Shown here: positions 1 through 7,202 of the stretch, piece after piece
How positions within the stretch are numbered: position 1 is the first letter of the stretch
Layout of the letters: each line of letters begins with the position of its first letter
IMG/VR virus record: IMGVR_UViG_3300025087_000057
DNA from: an uncultured virus (IMG/VR IMGVR_UViG_3300025087_000057)
Lineage: Duplodnaviria > Heunggongvirae > Uroviricota > Caudoviricetes
Reading direction: 5' to 3' (one strand)
DNA: 64,000 bases
Notes under the pieces: model-generated
Databases searched by the model: none
What the model was told of the DNA's origin: nothing
Seen by the model: only the letters and a program-made list of their open reading frames with translations
Position numbers and translations under genes: made by a program

Positions 1-370
1 AACTGCACGTCGATTGTTCGCCCTGGGACTCGGTGGAACAATCGACGTGCAGTTTGTTGGGCTGGAAGTCTTTGGCGAACTTCTCAAACAGCTTGGTATC
101 ATCTGGCTTCCGTTCAATCGGGCCATAAACAAACGGCTGTTTCCGCTCCAACTCGGCGAGGCGGGTGTCCACGTCCTTTGCTTGTCGATATAAACCTTCG
201 ACTAAATCAAACCGTAATTTCTTGGCATCCAATATTTCCGCGATGTGTTCAAGTCGTTCCATAATACCAAGTAACAATCTATCTTTATCATTGGGAAGCC
301 ACGGAGAGAGATTCCCTTCCTCAATTCTTAGAAATGGGAAATCGTTTGTATTAACATAATATTCCATCAT
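1..370 (-). CDS. hypothetical protein, runs off the left edge
   Basis: Open frame read manually from the ATG at 370/367 (MEYYVNTNDFPFLRIEEG...), with no stop before position 1; overlaps the stop of the upstream ORF. Confidence 0.65.
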   Translation of the reverse strand, partial: MMEYYVNTNDFPFLRIEEGNLSPWLPNDKDRLLLGIMERLEHIAEILDAKKLRFDLVEGLYRQAKDVDTRLAELERKQPFVYGPIERKPDDTKLFEKFAKDFQPNKLHVDCSTESQGEQSTCS

Positions 371-552
371 TCCCCCAATATCTCATATAAATCATTTTCT
401 AATTTATCTAATTTTTCTCTTGTTTCTTTAAATTCTATCCATTTTTGTGCTAAATCTTCAGGTAATTCATCAACATCAATATAATCCTCAAATGAAAGAT
501 AATAAAATCCACCTTCTTCAAGAGAAATTTTTAAAAAGTCTTTTTTAGTCAT
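367..552 (-). CDS. small acidic hypothetical protein
   Basis: 61-aa ORF in a tightly packed minus-strand run. Confidence 0.65.
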   Translation of the reverse strand: MTKKDFLKISLEEGGFYYLSFEDYIDVDELPEDLAQKWIEFKETREKLDKLENDLYEILGE

Positions 553-564
553 TGTCTCTCACTT

Positions 565-1020
565 TCAAATTTTGTGAAACCATTTTATCCATTCCTCTAA
601 TTTTTCACCGTATTCTATTAGAAAATCTTTTCCAAACAAATACATCAATGATTTTTTATCATCTCCTCCTTTGATGATTCTTATATATTTATAAGTAAAT
701 ATCAAATGTTGTAAGATATCAACACTAAACGAATAGATTTCTCCACCGATGGAGATAAACCAATAATCGGCTTCAGTCGTCTGAATGCCAGAAGGTTTTG
801 TATTGTATTCAAACTCTATTGCTACATTATCAGTATATCCAGACATAATATCATTTTTTATCTCTATCGGGATAGTTATATCCCCTTTTATTACCACCAT
901 ATCATAACTTCTGGAATTTATCAATCTAGCGTGAATTTGGTTGTCGATAAATATCTCAAGAATTTTATTCTCAAGATATTGACCATCTTTTAAATCTTTA
1001 TTAAAATCATAATGTGTCAT
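565..1020 (-). CDS. PD-(D/E)XK-fold endonuclease-like phage protein
   Basis: YD...IEIKND and NVAIEFE...PSGI.TT.ADYW motifs typical of restriction-like phage nucleases. Confidence 0.6.
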   Translation of the reverse strand: MTHYDFNKDLKDGQYLENKILEIFIDNQIHARLINSRSYDMVVIKGDITIPIEIKNDIMSGYTDNVAIEFEYNTKPSGIQTTEADYWFISIGGEIYSFSVDILQHLIFTYKYIRIIKGGDDKKSLMYLFGKDFLIEYGEKLEEWIKWFHKI

Positions 1021-1068
1021 TGTATTACCCTAAAAAGAATTCACATAACAAGAGAATGACCACAATAA

Positions 1069-2193
1069 TCAATGAAAATCAGTATTATTTTTTAACAATA
1101 AATACTCAGGATTTATATGTTTTAAGACCATTCTGCCACATCTTCCCGTTTTTTCTATTAGCGTTTTAATAACAATTCCTTCTTTAAGCGGTTGTTCCTT
1201 TGAAATTTCCGAACCCTTATTAAAAAATTCGTCTAACAACTCTGGGTTCCATGGTCCTATGTATAATGTATGAGGTAAAATAAAATCTACATTCATAACA
1301 ATATTATCAATATCATAAAACATGTCTCCAAAATCACCATCACTTAAATAGTGTGGTTCTTCCCCGTTTTCATAAACCATAATATCAAAAACCATTAAAC
1401 CTCTTTTGTTTTTCATTCCGTATGTATATCCGTTTTGAATACCATCACCAAAAATTTCCCCATAGATTACACATCCCATGGGAATAGCTTTTTTCAAATT
1501 ATATTTCTCTACCGCTTCTAAATAGACATTATTCGAATAGTAATGTTTTCGACGATTTGAAAATAACTGTAACTGTACATTATGAGAGCCGAAGACAAAC
1601 TCGTATTCAGGAAGAATGTTAAAGAATTTTTTTATCTTTTTCCACCATGTATTCGCTATGGTTGGAACCCATCCGGCTCTAAAGTTGGTTCCATGTACTT
1701 TTTCGGTGATAACAACCATCTCCCCATCAAAAATGTTAGGATAGTTTTTGATGTTCTCAATATCGGTATATTTTCTAAAGAGAGGATGGGTTTTTTTCTT
1801 GCTGACTTGGTATCCACCCTTCATGGTAATAGAGACAGTCGGTTCAAATTTAGTAATACCCAGAGTTTTAGTTACATCAATCCCCTCTTCTCTGGTTGTG
1901 ATTTGAACCGTATCCAAGTCAACTAAGATTCCCTGAGAAATAACACCCCTGAGTTTGATTGTCCTGACTCTACCTTTATCCAACTTTATTTTGGCATTGC
2001 CAAGGATTTTTTCTTCCAACTCAGGGGTGAGAATGGCATCAATCGGGATATAGACAGCAATATCTCCCGATTTGAATTGCCCCTTTCCAACAATACAAAC
2101 CCATCCTCTTATATAAGCCACTTCCAAACGGTCGGCATTCGGATGTGGTTCGATTCTATCGATTGAGACTGTTTCTACTTTAAGTGTTGACAT
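1069..2193 (-). CDS. ATP-dependent RNA ligase, DRB0094/Rnl5 family
   Basis: N-terminal HPNADRLE OB-like domain, motif I TEKVHGTN, YGEIFG, VFDI, EGIVIK, LKHINPEYL. Confidence 0.9.
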   Translation of the reverse strand: MSTLKVETVSIDRIEPHPNADRLEVAYIRGWVCIVGKGQFKSGDIAVYIPIDAILTPELEEKILGNAKIKLDKGRVRTIKLRGVISQGILVDLDTVQITTREEGIDVTKTLGITKFEPTVSITMKGGYQVSKKKTHPLFRKYTDIENIKNYPNIFDGEMVVITEKVHGTNFRAGWVPTIANTWWKKIKKFFNILPEYEFVFGSHNVQLQLFSNRRKHYYSNNVYLEAVEKYNLKKAIPMGCVIYGEIFGDGIQNGYTYGMKNKRGLMVFDIMVYENGEEPHYLSDGDFGDMFYDIDNIVMNVDFILPHTLYIGPWNPELLDEFFNKGSEISKEQPLKEGIVIKTLIEKTGRCGRMVLKHINPEYLLLKNNTDFH

Positions 2194-2334
2194 TGCATCA
2201 TCCTTATGTAAATAATATTATTGTTGCTGAGATTATCACAAACAATGTTAAAATCACATAACATCCGGCGATTATTTTCATAGCTATTGATAAACTTTGT
2301 GCTGTTGCTAAAAAATCTTCGAATTGTTGTGGTG

Positions 2335-2805
2335 TCAATGTGTCCCCAAATAATTTTTCATTGCTTTTAAATATTTTACGCGACTATAAAAAGGCATTTC
2401 GAAAATTGGGTTTAAGAAATTTTCCACATCTTGTGAAATTTCTAATTCTTCCGCTCTCTCAAAAGCAAAAATTAAATCTTTTATCATATTTTCAGTGGCA
2501 AATCCATATTTATAATCGGCTATATCATATTTGACTATACCACTAGACCCGTATTTATTGATATATTGGAAAAGAGGACTATGACCCTTAATGGCATCAC
2601 TAAACCGATGTCTATAGCTAGGAATACCCATTCTTGTGGTAGCCTTGTCAATCCCAATCTGTTTATTTCCATTGTCTTTTTTAGAAACAAAGGATAGTCC
2701 AAAACGATAGAGAACTATTCCCCTTACTGTGGTATTACTACTATAAGTATCATAAACCAATGTGGCAAGTAACTTGCCTTTAGTCTTGAAATGTTTTATT
2801 TTCAT
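2335..2805 (-). CDS. hypothetical protein
   Basis: 156-aa ORF with GGAG SD. Confidence 0.7.
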   Translation of the reverse strand: MKIKHFKTKGKLLATLVYDTYSSNTTVRGIVLYRFGLSFVSKKDNGNKQIGIDKATTRMGIPSYRHRFSDAIKGHSPLFQYINKYGSSGIVKYDIADYKYGFATENMIKDLIFAFERAEELEISQDVENFLNPIFEMPFYSRVKYLKAMKNYLGTH

Positions 2806-2829
2806 TTTTACTCCATTGGAATATATTTA

Positions 2830-3309
2830 TCAAAAATATGAGCTAAAAATTTTTTCTATATATTCTTCTTTATCGTTTGATTTTACAAAACATTCGGGAC
2901 ATACTAAATAAGTGTCACCACCATCGTTCTCCTTAAAAACCATATATCTTTTCTTGTGGATGAAGCATTTCTTAAAAGGATTATTTTTGCGTATATATAA
3001 TTTTCCATTTTTATTTAATAAATTGAAATCATAAAACATTTTATAGGTATTCTTACTAATACCCCAGTTCAACAATTGTTTTTCGTAAACAAATGACTTA
3101 ATTGGCGTATAGAGAAAAAGGGGATAAAAACTCAGCCAAATTGTGGAAATACTTGTTATTAGAGATATGTTTATAAAAATACTACAATCTTGTTGATTGA
3201 CAAGGGCAGATAACCACATTAATCCAAATACAAAAGTAAATAATAGTCCAAACGTTAACAAAAACAGGCTTCTATTAGTCCAAGTTTCTCTTATTCTTTT
3301 ATACCACAT
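2830..3309 (-). CDS. membrane protein with C-terminal CxxH/CxxC motifs
   Basis: Two hydrophobic segments; CFIH...CPEC. Confidence 0.6.
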   Translation of the reverse strand: MWYKRIRETWTNRSLFLLTFGLLFTFVFGLMWLSALVNQQDCSIFINISLITSISTIWLSFYPLFLYTPIKSFVYEKQLLNWGISKNTYKMFYDFNLLNKNGKLYIRKNNPFKKCFIHKKRYMVFKENDGGDTYLVCPECFVKSNDKEEYIEKIFSSYF

Positions 3310-3574
3310 TTATTTTTACCCTCTTTCTTCTCCTATAAAAAATATACCATGGTATTAAAGCAAGAACAATTATATTTAAAGGTTCTCGGCATATCAATTC
3401 TTCCCAAAAAATTACATTATAGACTATCGGGAAAAGAACCATCCCAATAAAAAGAAAATATTTCCACATTCTTTTCATAATATAACCAAGAGTCAAAACT
3501 CCACCTATAACAATAATAACAACAAAAGAAATAATTCCAATTATTGTATTACTTATCCATTTCAAAAATCTCAT
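3299..3574 (-). CDS. small membrane protein
   Basis: Three hydrophobic segments and a basic C-terminus. Confidence 0.6.
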   Translation of the reverse strand: MRFLKWISNTIIGIISFVVIIVIGGVLTLGYIMKRMWKYFLFIGMVLFPIVYNVIFWEELICREPLNIIVLALIPWYIFYRRRKRVKINVV

Positions 3575-3774
3575 TATTTTTTCCCCTTATTAATTTCTTC
3601 TTTCATTTCGTTATACAATGAAACAAGGCGTTTTTTAATAAAGTTAAATAATCCAATAATTTTGACTCGATTAGCATAGATTATTGATACAATAAGTATC
3701 CCAAGTCCAATTTTAGTGTACAGACTTTTGATTTGAGACATGTTTGTTCCCTTGTTAAATTTTGTTTTTTTGTA

Positions 3775-3836
3775 TCAAGGAGACAGGACTCGAACTTCAA
3801 TCCTTCTGGATTGCGGACTACTTATCCTACCCCTCG
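3775..3836 (-). pseudogene. degenerate tRNA-like element
   Basis: Acceptor CGAGGGG/CTCCTTG, D-like GGAT/GTCC, hairpin CAATCC-AGAA-GGATTG and T-loop TTCGAGT; variable loop and most of the 5' T-stem strand are absent; promoter motif directly upstream. Confidence 0.45.
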
Positions 3837-3839
3837 TTT

Positions 3840-3856
3840 CTATATACATTATACGC
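3840..3856 (-). promoter_or_regulatory. phage promoter motif copy (GCGTATAATGTATATAG)
   Basis: Matches the copies at 6651-6665, 11720-11734 and 11805-11820. Confidence 0.55.
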
Positions 3857-4310
3857 TTATCTTATTATTTTTATTCATTTTTATATATCTATCAGATAAA
3901 ATAATTGAACCAGCGACAGAGACATTCAATGAAAAATCGTAAAGTGTTGGGATATAAACAGTTGGATATATATTAGTAATTTCCTTAGGGATACCATAAT
4001 CTTCGGCTCCCAATAAATAAATCCCCTGTTCGGGATGGATAAAATTAGAAAGAGAATGAGAGGTTTCTGTTTTTTCGATACAAATAAGCCGTGAATCTTT
4101 GGGAATACTGTTTTCAAAAGTATTAAAATCATGATAATCAAAAAGAGGGATACTCAAATAAGCCTTACTGGTATCGGTTTTGTGATTTTTATATCGATTG
4201 CCAATTGTGAAAATAAACGAAGCTCCAAAAAGGTGTGCCGACCTCCACAATGTTCCTATATTTTGTGGAAACTTATTTCCTATGATTCCAATTCCGCAAT
4301 AACCTCTCAT
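3849..4310 (-). CDS. SpoU/TrmH-family RNA 2'-O-methyltransferase
   Basis: NIGTLWRSA, LGAEDYGI and SLNVSVAGSI SPOUT motifs. Confidence 0.9.
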   Translation of the reverse strand: MRGYCGIGIIGNKFPQNIGTLWRSAHLFGASFIFTIGNRYKNHKTDTSKAYLSIPLFDYHDFNTFENSIPKDSRLICIEKTETSHSLSNFIHPEQGIYLLGAEDYGIPKEITNIYPTVYIPTLYDFSLNVSVAGSIILSDRYIKMNKNNKISV

Positions 4311-4329
4311 GACTTAACCTTTTTATATA

Positions 4330-4402
4330 CAGGTAGGGAAAGATTCGAACTTTCATTCTTCAGTTTTGGAGACTGATATTCTACCAATTTAATTACCTAC
4401 CT
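4330..4402 (-). tRNA. tRNA-Trp(CCA)
   Basis: Cloverleaf; anticodon arm TCAGT-CTCCAAA-ACTGA; T-loop TTCGAAT. Confidence 0.88.
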
Positions 4403-4407
4403 ATTTT

Positions 4408-4584
4408 TTATGGTTGAGAACTTTCAAATTCACTTTCTTTAATACAAAAAAGATGTTCAATAGGATATTTAATTCTTTCTTCACCATTCTCAACACAAAA
4501 CAAATCACCTTTAGTATAGGTTGATTTTGCATTTTTAAATACTATTGGTTGGGATGCTCTTTGAAACCAAATTTTTACTACCAT
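4408..4584 (-). CDS. small hypothetical protein
   Basis: ORF between tRNAs with GGAG SD; start moved to MVVKIWF to avoid overlapping the tRNA. Confidence 0.6.
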   Translation of the reverse strand: MVVKIWFQRASQPIVFKNAKSTYTKGDLFCVENGEERIKYPIEHLFCIKESEFESSQP

Positions 4585-4604
4585 TATACACTCCTTTTTA
4601 TTTA

Positions 4605-4678
4605 TCCCCACAGGTGGATTCGAACCACCATTGGAGGGTGTTTAAGACCCTTGCCTCTACCTGTTGGGCTATGTGGGG
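4605..4678 (-). tRNA. tRNA-Leu(TAA), short variable loop
   Basis: Acceptor CCCCACA/TGTGGGG+A; anticodon arm AGGGT-CTTAAAC-ACCCT. Confidence 0.85.
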
Positions 4679-5100
4679 GTTGTTTTTTTGGGTTTTACTT
4701 TTGTGGTACAAAACCCATTAAAAATGCCGTTACATTTTCTTGAACAGAAAGTATTTTTATAACCTTTTAATAATGGGGATTGATTTGCATATCTTTCAAA
4801 TTTTATTCCACAATTTTTACAAATAAATATTTTTGTTGTTCTGCCGTTTGGATATCTTATTTTTCCATGAAGTCTTGCATGCTCTTTTCTTTTCATGATT
4901 TTTATATTTTCTGGTCTATTATCATGTTTGTCGTGATTTATATGATGAGCAACTTCATCATCGTTTAGCAATCTTTTTATTTTATTTTCTGCAATAATGC
5001 GATGGGCAAGTACGTATCCATGTATATCGGCTTTTGGGTGTTCTGGAACAACTCCATATAAATACTCGCCTTTTTTAACAATTTTTTTTATAGTCCACAT
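4669..5100 (-). CDS. free-standing HNH homing endonuclease (HNH_3-like) with C-terminal Zn finger
   Basis: YVLAHRIIAE...VAHHINHDKHDNRPENI; CKNC...FCSRKC. Confidence 0.85.
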   Translation of the reverse strand: MWTIKKIVKKGEYLYGVVPEHPKADIHGYVLAHRIIAENKIKRLLNDDEVAHHINHDKHDNRPENIKIMKRKEHARLHGKIRYPNGRTTKIFICKNCGIKFERYANQSPLLKGYKNTFCSRKCNGIFNGFCTTKVKPKKTTPT

Positions 5101-5102
5101 AT

Positions 5103-5270
5103 TTATGTTTTCTCACCAGACTGAGCTACGAGAGATTGTTCCCTGTCTTCCCTTTTTTGATTACGACGAATCCATCTATTCCAATAGGTTTTGTACCATC
5201 TATTCCGTCTTTCTGGGAATCGACCATCACCGTTATATGCCCATCGAATATGTTTTCTACGTTTTTTCAT
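5103..5270 (-). CDS. small Arg/Lys/Trp-rich peptide (55 aa)
   Basis: Manual translation MKKRRKHIRWAYNGDGRFPERRNRWYKTYWNRWIRRNQK...; below the ORF-track cutoff. Confidence 0.45.
   Translation of the reverse strand: MKKRRKHIRWAYNGDGRFPERRNRWYKTYWNRWIRRNQKREDREQSLVAQSGEKT
5111..5134 (-). pseudogene. tRNA 5'-half remnant
   Basis: TCTCTCG-TA-GCTCAGTCTGGTGAGA (acceptor 5' strand plus D-arm) ends just before the HNH start. Confidence 0.5.
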
Positions 5271-5277
5271 AATTTTG

Positions 5278-5388
5278 TTTCCCCAACAGAACTTGAACCC
5301 GTAGTCGATGGATTAGTAAACAAATTTTAATTTATTAATACTTATGCAATTAGAAATCCATTACTTTATCCAATTGAGTTATGAGGAA
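5278..5388 (-). tRNA. tRNA-Arg(TCT) with ~37-nt intron at position 37/38
   Basis: Acceptor TTCCTCA/TGGGGAA; D-loop TTGGATA (A20); ATGGA-TTTCTA[37 nt]A-TCCAT; T-arm ACGGG-TTCAAGT-TCTGT. Confidence 0.75.
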
Positions 5389-5916
5389 TTATATTGATAT
5401 AATATAAAATCTATTGTCCATCCCTATATATTTGTCTAAAAGACCTAAAACACTATTCCACGAAAGTTCCCCATTTCCACAACCTGGTCTTGGGATAATT
5501 ATTTTTTTCCATTCATTTATGTCGGCTAAATAAATAATCTGCCTTAAAGACCTTTCTATAATTTCTAAAGTAGCTTTAGCAGCCCAACCTGGAACTATAT
5601 CACCACATTGGAATTTATCAGCCATGTGTTTTACCACATTGCTTTTATCTTCATAACAAATAGTTTGTCTTGGTTTTACTGGAAAAGAATAAATAGAATA
5701 TTTATTATATTTAATAAGTGGAAAAACGCTATTCCCAAAAAGAGAAATTCCCTGTCCCAAAATAGCCTCAAGATTTTGTCCCGGATATAATTTAACGGCT
5801 TGTTTGGCTACTCCCCTACCCATAACCCCATTTCCATTGGCTTTTACGAATCCATTAGTTGTGACACAAATTACATCGGCTTTTTGTTGAAAAATATTTC
5901 CAGAAATAAGATGCAT
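5389..5916 (-). CDS. macro domain (ADP-ribose binding/hydrolase) protein
   Basis: GNIF...ICVTTNG...VMGRGVAKQA...FPVK...IPRPGCGNGELSW; start moved to MHLISG. Confidence 0.85.
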   Translation of the reverse strand: MHLISGNIFQQKADVICVTTNGFVKANGNGVMGRGVAKQAVKLYPGQNLEAILGQGISLFGNSVFPLIKYNKYSIYSFPVKPRQTICYEDKSNVVKHMADKFQCGDIVPGWAAKATLEIIERSLRQIIYLADINEWKKIIIPRPGCGNGELSWNSVLGLLDKYIGMDNRFYIISI

Positions 5917-5936
5917 TTTCCATTCCTTTATAAAAG

Positions 5937-6022
5937 AGGAAGGTGTAGGATTTGAACCTACGGGGGTTGTTAACCCCAATAGTTTTCAAGACTATCGCCA
6001 TAAACCACTCGGCCAACCTTCC
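5937..6022 (-). tRNA. tRNA-Ser(TGA)
   Basis: ATAGT-CTTGAAA-ACTAT; long variable arm GGGGTT-AAC-AACCCC. Confidence 0.9.
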
Positions 6023-6030
6023 ATAATTAG

Positions 6031-6114
6031 CGGAAGGGGAAAGAATCGAACTCTCAGGCCAAATACATGGCCACAGATTAGCAATCTGTTGCATTACCAT
6101 TATGCTACCCTTCC
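6031..6114 (-). tRNA. tRNA-Ser(GCT)
   Basis: ACAGA-TTGCTAA-TCTGT; long variable arm; G73. Confidence 0.9.
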
Positions 6115-6116
6115 AA

Positions 6117-6247
6117 TGACAGGAGAAGGATTTGAACCTCCGAAGCTTGCGCGACAGATTTACTGAAGTAATTCATTACAGTCTGTTGCCATTACTGAAG
6201 AGGTGATAACTTCTTCCGTTGTTCACTAACCACTCGGCCATCCTGTC
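6117..6247 (-). tRNA. tRNA-Tyr(GTA) with two small inserts (D-loop 34 nt, anticodon loop 16 nt)
   Basis: Removing 6193-6226 and 6160-6175 restores GGCCGAGTGGTTAATGGC and ACAGA-CTGTAAA-TCTGT; acceptor GACAGGA/TCCTGTC+A. Confidence 0.8.
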
Positions 6248-6261
6248 TAATTCTTATTTAT

Positions 6262-6429
6262 TTGAGCAAAGTGGCAGGACTCGAACCTGCAAAAGGACTT
6301 TCTTGGTGGCATTTATTAGTTCCTCGGCCTTAAGGAATCCTTGCGGACGGCTTAGAGCAAGTAAGCCTACATCGCCACATCGCCGGTATTTCAACTTATC
6401 ATAGCGTTTACATTCCGCCACACTTTGCT
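6262..6429 (-). ncRNA. tRNA-ended ncRNA with a ~110-nt multibranch domain replacing the anticodon/variable arms
   Basis: Terminal stem AGCAAAGTG/CACTTTGCT; D-like GCG-GAATGTAAA-CGC; T-arm GCAGG-TTCGAGT-CCTGC; three internal hairpins. Confidence 0.65.
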
Positions 6430-6435
6430 TTTTTA

Positions 6436-6534
6436 GGAAACAGAAGGAGTATAGTATCTCATATAAGCCGATATCAAGCTTCCACCCCTTTGATACAGGC
6501 TTGTGGCTACCCTTTTATACCCCTAACCTGCTCC
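6436..6534 (-). ncRNA. rod-shaped structured RNA candidate with a central bubble
   Basis: Pairings GGAGCAG/CTGTTTCC, AGGGGTATA/TATACTCCT, AAGCC/GGCTT, TATCAA/TTGATA; no ORF. Confidence 0.45.
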
Positions 6535-6547
6535 ACCACGAATTTTT

Positions 6548-6651
6548 TGGCAAAGTCTCAACAGATTCGAACTGTTCATGCAACCAGCACTATCCCGGAT
6601 TCGAACCGGATGGGGTAGCTAACCCTCTTCGACCATCTCGTTGACTTTGCC
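6548..6651 (-). ncRNA. tRNA mimic with two D-like and two T arms
   Basis: 9-bp terminal stem GGCAAAGTC/GACTTTGCC+A; T-arms TCCGG-TTCGAAT-CCGGG and AACAG-TTCGAAT-CTGTT. Confidence 0.7.
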
Positions 6652-6665
6652 TATATATTATACGC
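6651..6665 (-). promoter_or_regulatory. promoter motif (GCGTATAATATATAG), probable +1 at the ncRNA 5' end
   Basis: TATAAT lies 5 nt upstream of the terminal stem; motif shared with three other sites. Confidence 0.6.
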
Positions 6666-6703
6666 TCAAATTACATTTTTCACTTATTTTTTTATAAAAA
6701 TTA

Positions 6704-6775
6704 TAGCTCTGCTGAGAATCGAACTCAGGTCGTAAGATTGAAATTCTCACATCCTATCCACTGGACGACAGAGCC
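6704..6775 (-). tRNA. tRNA-Glu(TTC)
   Basis: TGAGA-ATTTCAA-TCTTA; acceptor GGCTCTG/CAGAGCT. Confidence 0.88.
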
Positions 6776-6776
6776 A

Positions 6777-6852
6777 TGGAACGGTGACAGGGATTCAAAC
6801 CCTGACCCTCAGTTTGGAAGACTGACATGCTATCGTTAAACACCATCACCGC
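6777..6852 (-). tRNA. tRNA-Gly(TCC), CCA encoded
   Basis: TCAGT-CTTCCAA-ACTGA; acceptor GCGGTGA/TCACCGT+TCCA. Confidence 0.88.
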
Positions 6853-6854
6853 GA

Positions 6855-7070
6855 CTACATTTGTTTTAAAAACTTATCTCTTTCGTCAATATCTAAAAAT
6901 TGTTGGATAATTACAACCGCTTGTTGTAAACCTAACCCAATACCTCTATTAACACCATGTAGAAAAATTGCTTTTTCTTTTTCATCAAGATATTCTGGTT
7001 TCTTCTGAAGATAGTTTTGACTGATTTTTTTCGTATCATCAAGTATTTCTTTTAATTCTTGATTTGTCAT
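6855..7070 (-). CDS. hypothetical protein
   Basis: 71-aa ORF within the tRNA array. Confidence 0.6.
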   Translation of the reverse strand: MTNQELKEILDDTKKISQNYLQKKPEYLDEKEKAIFLHGVNRGIGLGLQQAVVIIQQFLDIDERDKFLKQM

Positions 7071-7202
7071 TTTTTCTTTCTTTTTTGCTTTTTATTTTTG
7101 GGGTCTAATTTATTTGTTTTCCCAGGTTCGTCACTATACGTTTTTTGTCTCCTGCCCTTATTGGCCGGAATCTTCTTTTGTTTTTTATCTCCCATTTTTA
7201 CC

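Noticed and set aside
5278..5388. Amber suppressor (CTA anticodon) reading of the interrupted tRNA
   Set aside because: The ATGGA/TCCAT stem places TCT at 34-36 and the D-loop has the Arg A20 element; TAG is used as a normal stop and genes are intact in the standard code
5855..6404. ORFs 5855-6100(-) and 6219-6404(+), and similar 4549-4743(+), 9425-9631(-), 12332-12589(-)
   Set aside because: They overlap tRNA/ncRNA genes and are best explained as shadow frames
6262..6429. Group I intron-containing tRNA or a second tmRNA
   Set aside because: The insert is too short, with no recognisable P7 core; no G3:U70 pair; no anticodon arm can be reconstructed
6436..6534. SRP (4.5S) RNA
   Set aside because: Lacks the conserved helix-8 CAGG...GNRA...AGCA motif
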